Part shown: positions 57,429-64,000 of the stretch, piece after piece | Numbering within the stretch: position 1 is the first letter of the stretch | Layout: each line of letters opens with the position of its first letter | DNA from: Acidimicrobiaceae bacterium | Lineage (GTDB): Bacteria > Actinomycetota > Acidimicrobiia > Acidimicrobiales > RAAP-2 | Reading direction: 5' to 3' | Length of the DNA: 64,000 nt | NCBI GenBank assembly: GCA_947447225.1 | Contig: CANFJV010000001.1 | Location: 1,471 to 65,470 of the forward strand | Notes under the pieces: model-generated | What the model was told of the DNA's origin: nothing | The model's database searches: none | What the model saw: the letters and a program-made list of their open reading frames with translations, nothing else | Translations under genes and position numbers: made by a program

Positions 57429-59095
57429 CAGCGGGATTCCTTCAGTGAAAGTGAGACCCTCAGGGTAGTTGGCGCAGCCACCCCACTCGCGGCACGCTTG
57501 GCGTGATAACTCGATCGGGTCAGGGGCGACGACTCAACATGGCCAATGCCAAGTTGCCGACCCGTTTCGGCAATGAGGTCGAACTCTGCAGGCTCGTAGT
57601 AGCGGGCAACCGGCAAGTGAGCTGCCGTCGGGCGCAGATACTGCCCGACGGTGACAATCTTGACGCCAACTGCGGCCAAGTCGCTCAAGGTCTCGGCAAT
57701 TTCGTCCATGGACTCACCAAGTCCAACCATGAGGCCAGACTTTGTTACAAGGCCCTGCTGCTCGGCTCTGGCCAAGACGGCAAGACTTCGGGCATAGCCA
57801 GCTGACGGTCGAACCGCACGCTGAAGGCGGGCCACGGTTTCAATGTTGTGGTTGAGCACTTCGGGACGCTGATCAAAGATCACATCAAGCGAAGGTCCAT
57901 CGCCTTTGCAGTCCGAGATGAGCACCTCGACCTGGGTGGAAGGCGATGCACTGCGAATTGCGGCAATGGTGTTCGCAACCCCCGAGGCGCCGCCATCGTC
58001 GAGATCATCTCGAGCGACGCAGGTCACCACCGCATGGCTGAGTCCAAGCTCTGCAACCGCTTGTGCCACCCGACGAGGTTCATCAAGGTCAAGCGCAGTT
58101 GGCTTTGCCGTGCCAATTAAACAAAACCCACATCGCCTCGTGCAGTCAGCACCATTGACCATGAACGTTGCCGTGCCATCGGACCAGCACTCAGAAAGAT
58201 TTGGACAACCTGCTTCTTCGCACACCGTCACCAATCGATTCGACGCCACGGCCGTCCTCGTCGTTGCCACTGCATCAGAGAGTCGAACCATTGAGCGAAG
58301 CCATTCGGGCTTTCGCTGTGAAATGGAAAGCGCTGCCTCGTGATTCACGCCAGCTTGGGTCAAGCGTTTGAGGGAGACGGGCTGCGCCCCGGCAATACCT
58401 GTTGCCCCCGTCATTACCGCAACCTCACGAACGGGCAGGAGGGGACGAAGTTGTCGTGCCACTTCTTGTCCTACACGTTGCGCGACTTGCCGAGCACTGA
58501 GGTCGCAGCCAAGTTCTCGAAGTGAGGTCACCGGTCGGTTGAGCCCGCAAGGAACAATCGCTCCAAAGGCGGAGAGATCGCAATCCACATTGAGCGACAC
58601 GCCGTGCATCGAACGTCGTGTGCCGTGTGCATTGCGAACGGACCGCACCCCAACAGCGCCCACCTTTCGAGGCATTGCGGAATCGAGATTCACCCAGATT
58701 CCCGGGTGGCCCTCGAGCCGGCCTACCTCACCAATCAGGTCACTGCTTCCGAGTGTTCTCACCACATTGGCAATGGCAGTTTCCAATTTGCACACATGTG
58801 CCTTGGCTGCACCGGGATCTTCACCAAGATCAACAATCGGATAACACACCAGCTGACCTGGTCCATGCCAGGTGACGTCACCACCTCGGTCGGTAGCAAC
58901 CACTTCGGTCTCGCCGGCGTCGAGAATATTGGCCGCATCGCCTCGACGACCAATGGTGATCACCTCGGTGTGTTCCAACACCAACACCGTGGGATTCTTT
59001 GCGTGTTCAACCAGTCCGCGCTGGAGATCGACCGCCTCGCTGTAGCCAACCTTTCCAAGGAACCGAAGCTCAAGGAAGTTTTCGTTACTTGACAT
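57428..59095 (-). CDS. LipB-LipA fusion: octanoyltransferase joined in frame to lipoyl synthase
   Basis: LipB part: DRGGDVTWHGPGQLVCYP, KVGAVGVR, PCGL. LipA part: RKPEWLR, CEEAGCPNLSECW and the radical-SAM motif CTRRCGFC. There is no stop between the two parts. ATG 59095 was chosen. Confidence 0.8.
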   Translation of the reverse strand: MSSNENFLELRFLGKVGYSEAVDLQRGLVEHAKNPTVLVLEHTEVITIGRRGDAANILDAGETEVVATDRGGDVTWHGPGQLVCYPIVDLGEDPGAAKAHVCKLETAIANVVRTLGSSDLIGEVGRLEGHPGIWVNLDSAMPRKVGAVGVRSVRNAHGTRRSMHGVSLNVDCDLSAFGAIVPCGLNRPVTSLRELGCDLSARQVAQRVGQEVARQLRPLLPVREVAVMTGATGIAGAQPVSLKRLTQAGVNHEAALSISQRKPEWLRSMVRLSDAVATTRTAVASNRLVTVCEEAGCPNLSECWSDGTATFMVNGADCTRRCGFCLIGTAKPTALDLDEPRRVAQAVAELGLSHAVVTCVARDDLDDGGASGVANTIAAIRSASPSTQVEVLISDCKGDGPSLDVIFDQRPEVLNHNIETVARLQRAVRPSAGYARSLAVLARAEQQGLVTKSGLMVGLGESMDEIAETLSDLAAVGVKIVTVGQYLRPTAAHLPVARYYEPAEFDLIAETGRQLGIGHVESSPLTRSSYHAKRAASGVAAPTTLRVSLSLKESR

Positions 59096-60494
59096 GCATT
59101 CCTCGTCCAGCCAGTGAGAGCAGCGTTTCGCCGTAGTGCTCGGTGAGTGAGGGATGAGGCTGCAAGAACGACGCAACGGCATCGACGCAAAGTCCGAGGT
59201 TGACTGCCAACTCGCCATGTCCGAGTTGCTCAGTCGCCCAAGGGCCAACCAAGTGCACGCCAATAATGGCACCAGCCGACCCATCGGCGTTGGCTCGACA
59301 AATGACTTTCACCAAGCCCTCGGTCTCACCAATGATCTGCGCTCGACTATTGCCGCCAAGTGGTTCCCGCTTCACCACAACCTTCTCGCCGCGAGCAACC
59401 GCTTGCTCCTCAGTGAGCCCAACGAAGGCCACCTCGGGCCGGCAGTAAATCGCCCAGGGAACCCCATCGATATTCACCTCAGGTAGCGGGCTCCCAAGCG
59501 CATGCCCCACCGCAACTTGCGCCTCGGCAAAACCAACGTGTGCGAGTTGCGGTCGGCCTGCGACGAGATCACCAACGGCATAGACATCTTCAATCGAGGT
59601 CTGCTGCTGTCCGTTGGTGACGATTCCTCCAGACGGCACCCGGTCCACGGTGACCGAAGGTGCGGCAACGTCACCCACGGGTACTCGTCCAACGGCAACA
59701 ACGACAAGGTCTGCGTCAATGCTGGCGCCATTTGACAACGCAACCGACACGATTGTCTCGCCAAGGGTTCGCTCCGTCACCGAGACTCCCGTGGTGATGG
59801 CAATACCGCGCTTCGTAAACGATCGGTGCACCACCTTGGCAACGTCGGCATCACAACCCGCCAAGATGCGGCCTTCTCCTTCGACGAGATGAACCGCAAC
59901 GCCGAGGTCACTCAGCATTGAGGCAAACTCGCAACCAATGGCTCCCGCTCCGACCACTATGGCGCGTTGGGGCAACTCGGTGAGATTCAAAAAGCCATCG
60001 GAGTCAACAACTCGTTCTTGGTCAACGGGAAGGGCCGCCAACGCCCTCGGTCGACTTCCCGTTGCCAAAATGACGAATTTCGGATGGAAGACCGAGACGC
60101 CGTCGGCAGTGGTTGCGATCACCGACTTGTCTGCCTGAAGTTGGCCAATCCCAGAAATGACGTTGACCCCCCGAAGTTTGAGGAGCTTGCCGAGGCCCGT
60201 AGCAATTGAGGACACGAGTTCGCTCTTGCCAGCTTGGGTGATGGCGAAATCAATCGTCGGCTCCCCGACCGAGATGCCGAACCGGCTCGCCTGTTGCGCA
60301 CCATGGAACACAGAGGCCGCTTCTAGGAAATATTTCGCTGGGATGCACCCGCGCTGCAAGCAGGTCCCACCAAGACCTCCCGCATCAATGACCACCACCG
60401 ACGAACCAGCAGTTGCCGCCGTGAGTGCTGCGCCATAGCCAGCTGGTCCTCCACCAATGATGACAAAGTCGGGTTGCGAAGAAGCGTCGGCCAC
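59085..60494 (-). CDS. lpdA: dihydrolipoyl dehydrogenase
   Basis: IIGGGPAGYGAA and the redox disulfide GGTCLQRGCIPAK. Confidence 0.92.
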   Translation of the reverse strand: MADASSQPDFVIIGGGPAGYGAALTAATAGSSVVVIDAGGLGGTCLQRGCIPAKYFLEAASVFHGAQQASRFGISVGEPTIDFAITQAGKSELVSSIATGLGKLLKLRGVNVISGIGQLQADKSVIATTADGVSVFHPKFVILATGSRPRALAALPVDQERVVDSDGFLNLTELPQRAIVVGAGAIGCEFASMLSDLGVAVHLVEGEGRILAGCDADVAKVVHRSFTKRGIAITTGVSVTERTLGETIVSVALSNGASIDADLVVVAVGRVPVGDVAAPSVTVDRVPSGGIVTNGQQQTSIEDVYAVGDLVAGRPQLAHVGFAEAQVAVGHALGSPLPEVNIDGVPWAIYCRPEVAFVGLTEEQAVARGEKVVVKREPLGGNSRAQIIGETEGLVKVICRANADGSAGAIIGVHLVGPWATEQLGHGELAVNLGLCVDAVASFLQPHPSLTEHYGETLLSLAGRGMHVK

Positions 60495-60532
60495 GGACGA
60501 ATCCTACCGGGATGGTCCTTCGACCACTGTTG

Positions 60533-61006
60533 TCAGCGAGTGCCCGAACTTGGCTGCTGCGACGTTGCGGCGGTTAAGGCCAACTGGTCAACAACGTCAT
60601 TCCAAAAATCACCCGAGTGACCTTTCACCCACTTCCAGGTAATTGGCACAATTGGGTCGAGTGCCAGTGCGAACAGTCGTTCCCAAAGATCTCGATTCGC
60701 AACAGGCTGACCTTGGCTGTTCTTCCAACCCCGGCGAAGCCACCCGGCGTGCCACCGGTCTTGAAAGCACTTAATGACATAGGTCGAATCAGAAATCACC
60801 GTCAGCGTGGTTGGCAAGATTTCTTGGGCAAAGAGAAATTCGAGTGCCTCGATGACGGCAAGTACTTCCATGCGCTGATTGGTGGTGTGGGTATCGGGTC
60901 CGGCTCCGAATGGGCCATGCGGCACCGCCCACGCCCAGCCACCAGGGCCTGGGTTTCCAAGACAAGAACCATCGGTGTACACAATGACGTGTTCGGAGGC
61001 ACTCAT
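60533..61006 (-). CDS. rnhA: ribonuclease HI
   Basis: VIVYTDGSCLGNPGPGGWA, and WVKGHSG. ATG 61006 overlaps the Rrf2 stop as ATGA. Confidence 0.9.
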   Translation of the reverse strand: MSASEHVIVYTDGSCLGNPGPGGWAWAVPHGPFGAGPDTHTTNQRMEVLAVIEALEFLFAQEILPTTLTVISDSTYVIKCFQDRWHAGWLRRGWKNSQGQPVANRDLWERLFALALDPIVPITWKWVKGHSGDFWNDVVDQLALTAATSQQPSSGTR

Positions 61007-61461
61007 CCTCGAATGGAGATCCACGCTTGTGGATCCTTGGTGAGTTCCGTCACCGCAGTTGGGAGCTTCCCGGTTGCAATTTGCTCCAACGTCACGTGAT
61101 CAAGGACTTGGCGAAGTGCTGCTCGAGCAGCGATCCACACATCTTGCAAGTGCTTGGCTGAATCGGCGTAGGAGACCTGCTCGGGACGATCACCGCGCAC
61201 ACCAGCAAGTGGTCCATCAAGGGCACGCATGATCTCCGCCAAAAGAATTTGTCCAGCCGGTCGAGCAAGTCGGTAACCACCGGACACACCTCGCTGGCTG
61301 GCAACAAGTTCTGCCCGGCGGAGGTCAGTCATGATGGCGCCAAGGAAGCGGCTCGGCAGATCTTGTGCCTTTGCGATCTCATCGGTGGTCAGCGGCTTGT
61401 CCGCGGCAGCCAACACCAGCATGGCCCGAACGCCGTACTCCACTTTGGCTGCAATTTGCAT
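61003..61461 (-). CDS. Rrf2-family transcriptional regulator
   Basis: MQIAAKVEYGVRAMLVLA, and RGVSGGYRLAR. Confidence 0.88.
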   Translation of the reverse strand: MQIAAKVEYGVRAMLVLAAADKPLTTDEIAKAQDLPSRFLGAIMTDLRRAELVASQRGVSGGYRLARPAGQILLAEIMRALDGPLAGVRGDRPEQVSYADSAKHLQDVWIAARAALRQVLDHVTLEQIATGKLPTAVTELTKDPQAWISIRG

Positions 61462-61553
61462 GCTGCCATTCTGCCCTATTTCTCCATGTTCCCGCCATCA
61501 CCGACGTATTCGCCCGGCGAACTAGGAAAATGCAGAAGCGATAACAATGGGGC

Positions 61554-62177
61554 ATGGACTTTTCCGATCGACGCCTCTACCTCTGCATGAGCGACCGAGA
61601 GGACTTGGCCGACTTTTTAACGCAAGTATTGGACGGCGGTGTCGACATTGTGCAGTTACGCGACAAGGTCGCAGACGCTGCGTCACAACTCCGCCGAGCA
61701 GAGCTCGCCATGGAAATTTGTGCAAGATACAACGTGCCATTCATCATGAATGACCGCCCTGATCTCGCACTCCACCTTGGCGCCGATGGGGTCCATGTTG
61801 GACAAGATGATGCTCCGGTTTCGTTGTGTCGACGCCTCCTGGGCGAGGCGTCGATTATTGGGCTTTCCACCCACAGCAATGAAGAACTTGAGGTCGCCCT
61901 CACGCTTCCAGTGACCTATTTGTCGGCTGGACCTGTTGAAGCCACGCCGACCAAGCCTGGCCGACCAGGGGTTGGTGCCTCCTATGCAGCGCGCGCCTGC
62001 GCCGACGCAACGGTTCCAGTCTTCGTCACCGGAGGGGTGACTGCGGAGAAGGTTCGTGGCCTTGGTGACATTGGCGTTTCGCACTTCGTGGTCGTTCGGG
62101 CACTCACTGAGGCGAAGGAGCCCTTTCGCGCTGCGCAGGCCCTTCGCCTCGCCATTGACGCAGCGACGAAGGCCTAG
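61554..62177 (+). CDS. thiE: thiamine-phosphate synthase
   Basis: GGVDIVQLRDK, and DGVHVGQDD. Confidence 0.9.
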   Translation: MDFSDRRLYLCMSDREDLADFLTQVLDGGVDIVQLRDKVADAASQLRRAELAMEICARYNVPFIMNDRPDLALHLGADGVHVGQDDAPVSLCRRLLGEASIIGLSTHSNEELEVALTLPVTYLSAGPVEATPTKPGRPGVGASYAARACADATVPVFVTGGVTAEKVRGLGDIGVSHFVVVRALTEAKEPFRAAQALRLAIDAATKA

Positions 62178-62836
62178 GCCGTCCAGCCCGTCTTGGCCGC
62201 CTTGTCGCCAAAGAGTTGGACTTTGTAACCAGCCATGATTGGCCCAGCTTTATCTGCCATTGAGGCGGCGTAGGCAATCGAGCGCTCCACAACACCCTCA
62301 CCGTCAACGAGTTCGCTGGCAATGCCACTTGCGAGAGCTTGGGGACCATTGAATCTGCGGCCAGTCGTCATTGCTTCGACCAGGGTTTGTGTCGACAGGT
62401 GGGAAGAGAGCCCAGCAAAGAGCCCCTCGGTGAACGGCATCTTGAGGTCGGCCTCGGGCAGACACCAAAATCCACGATCAGCGCGCATGATGCGGTAGTT
62501 AAAGACCGACGACAGCAGCGCACCTCCGGCGAAGGCATGGCCATTGATGGCGGCAACGGTGACGCATGGCAACAACAAAAGGCGGCCAAAGAGGCGGCAC
62601 AAAAGGTCAACCGTGATGCCAAGTTCTTCAGGACTTTTTGCGAATCGATCGAGGTCAAGACCGTTGGAGAAAAACTTTCCCGAACCGGTTAACACGAGGG
62701 CCGCAGCACCCTCGCGTTGTTCAACTTGGGCGGCTGCGTCATGCAGCAACGCGACGCTGTCAGGATTGAGACGATTGTCACCGTCATTCATCGAAACAAC
62801 AAGTACGTCGCCGTGCCAATCGCTCGTTATTGCCAT
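62174..62836 (-). CDS. enoyl-CoA hydratase/isomerase (crotonase) family protein
   Basis: ATG 62836 lies 7 nt after AAGGAG. Crotonase-like INGHAFAGGALL. Confidence 0.75.
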   Translation of the reverse strand: MAITSDWHGDVLVVSMNDGDNRLNPDSVALLHDAAAQVEQREGAAALVLTGSGKFFSNGLDLDRFAKSPEELGITVDLLCRLFGRLLLLPCVTVAAINGHAFAGGALLSSVFNYRIMRADRGFWCLPEADLKMPFTEGLFAGLSSHLSTQTLVEAMTTGRRFNGPQALASGIASELVDGEGVVERSIAYAASMADKAGPIMAGYKVQLFGDKAAKTGWTA

Positions 62837-62916
62837 GTGATGCTCCTTTGTGACGTCGGAATGCAAAATGGCGCCGACCCGAAGGTCGGCGCCATTTTGA
62901 TTCAATCTGGTGTTCT

Positions 62917-64000
62917 CTACAGGCCGATTCGCTGCGCGAGCTGCTCACGGTGGAACGTTGGGTCACCGAAGAGCAATTCAGAGGACTTCGCCCGCTTGAA
63001 GTACAGGTGTGCGGGGTGCTCCCACGTAAAGCCAATACCACCGTGGATCTGAATGTTTTCTGCTGCTGCGTGGAAGTAGGCCTCCGAGCAGTAGGACTTC
63101 GCCAGCGAGGCGACAACCGGCAACTCATCGGAGTCCTCAGCTGCGGCGAATGCGGCGTAGTACGCGGCAGACTTGGCGGACTCAACTTCAAGCAGCATGT
63201 CGGCACACTTGTGCTTGATGGCCTGGAAGCTACCAATTGGTCGACCGAACTGGATGCGGTTCTTGGCGTAGTCAACCGAGGCATCGAGGCAGCGTTGTGC
63301 GCCACCAACTTGCTCAGCGGCCAAGCCAACGGCGATGAGGTCAAGCGCCTTCGACAGACCTGCGGCAGCGCCGCCATCAGTTCCAATGAGACGAGCTTCA
63401 ACGCCAGCGAACTCGAGACGAGCCTGCTTGCGGGTCTGGTCCATGGTTGGTAGTTGCGTCTTCGTAAGACCAGCAGCAGCACCATCAACGGCAAAGAGGC
63501 TGAGGCCATTGCTTGACTGTGCTGCGACGAGGATCAGGTTGGCCAGGTGGCCATCAATGACGTAGTTCTTGTGGCCAGTAAGGGTCCAGCTTCCACCATT
63601 GTTGGTGGCGGCGAGCTCAACGGCGTCGAGGCCGGGGCGACCATTGTCTTCGGCAATGGCCAAGGTGGCAATCGTCGATCCATCGGCGATGCCGGGCAAG
63701 TACTCGGCCTTGGCGGCGTCGTCACCACTGGTCAGTAGTGCTTGTGCGCCAAGAACGACGGTTGAGAAGAACGGTGCACACAACAGTGCAGCGCCCATTT
63801 CTTCCAACACAATGGCGGTCTCAACGAAGGTGAAGCCCACGCCACCGAACTCTTCAGGAATGGAAAGACTCTGCAGACCAAGCTGCTCGGCCATCTGCGT
63901 CCACACTGCGGTGTCGTAGCCGTCTGCCGTTTCCATCAGGCGACGAACTTCCGTCTCGGGTGACTTCTCAGCCAAGAACCGGTTGACGGACTTGCGGAGC
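62917..64000 (-). CDS. acyl-CoA dehydrogenase (N-terminus beyond the window edge)
   Basis: The frame stays open upstream of the track start (..LRKSVNRFLAEKSPE..). The C-terminus IHGGIGFTWEHPAHLYFKRA is ACAD-typical. Confidence 0.8.
   Translation of the reverse strand, partial: LRKSVNRFLAEKSPETEVRRLMETADGYDTAVWTQMAEQLGLQSLSIPEEFGGVGFTFVETAIVLEEMGAALLCAPFFSTVVLGAQALLTSGDDAAKAEYLPGIADGSTIATLAIAEDNGRPGLDAVELAATNNGGSWTLTGHKNYVIDGHLANLILVAAQSSNGLSLFAVDGAAAGLTKTQLPTMDQTRKQARLEFAGVEARLIGTDGGAAAGLSKALDLIAVGLAAEQVGGAQRCLDASVDYAKNRIQFGRPIGSFQAIKHKCADMLLEVESAKSAAYYAAFAAAEDSDELPVVASLAKSYCSEAYFHAAAENIQIHGGIGFTWEHPAHLYFKRAKSSELLFGDPTFHREQLAQRIGL

Noticed and set aside
59096-59284. 63-aa N-terminal extension of the lipB-lipA ORF
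   Set aside because: It lies inside lpdA in another frame. LipB-like sequence begins right after ATG 59095 (MSSNENFLELRFLGKV).
61462-61553. TPP riboswitch upstream of thiE
   Set aside because: Only 92 nt are available. The conserved CUGAGA and pyrimidine-sensing elements are not visible.

Overview
This is 64 kb of an actinobacterial-type chromosome with moderately high G+C. Supporting markers are the F420 gene cofC/fbiD, a PafBC-like regulator, rmlD plus a wbbL-like gene, and the secA-prfB-ftsE-ftsX order seen in Mycobacterium. The window is very compact. I call about 58 protein genes, and many are joined by 4-nt ATGA start/stop overlaps that I checked by hand (10337-40, 20279-82, 30278-81, 32811-14, 34121-24, 61003-06, 44730-33, 44837-40). 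I found no rRNA, tRNA, tmRNA, CRISPR array, transposase or integrase. Most genes are housekeeping: dxs, secA, prfB, ftsEX, ssb, msrB, tldD/pmbA, moaC, birA, accA, xthA, pepA, metH, lpdA, lipB/lipA, thiE, rnhA, acyl-CoA metabolism and a six-gene sugar-nucleotide/glycosyltransferase operon. Two patches are not housekeeping. (i) 3.0-8.7 kb holds a 72-aa pure Ala/Lys-repeat protein, an orphan soluble T4SS coupling-protein-like ATPase, and a 400-aa TrwC/MOBF relaxase-domain-only gene. The relaxase gene lies directly downstream of moaC and a fused PafB-PafC-like WYL regulator. (ii) 41.7-45.3 kb holds a RecQ-family helicase fused to a ComF-like phosphoribosyltransferase domain. Next to it is a 656-nt AT-richer gap without a convincing gene, then a translationally coupled trio of small ORFs (97, 36 and 143 aa). 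The two larger ORFs are paralogous Cys/His...CxxC zinc-ribbon-like proteins that I do not recognise; this trio is my best candidate for something undescribed. Other notable architectures are a LipB-LipA fusion ORF, a rhodanese-ThiF protein with reversed domain order, and an Rrf2-RNase HI coupled pair. All calls rest on reading the supplied translations and the DNA by eye. No database search was possible, and start codons are best guesses.
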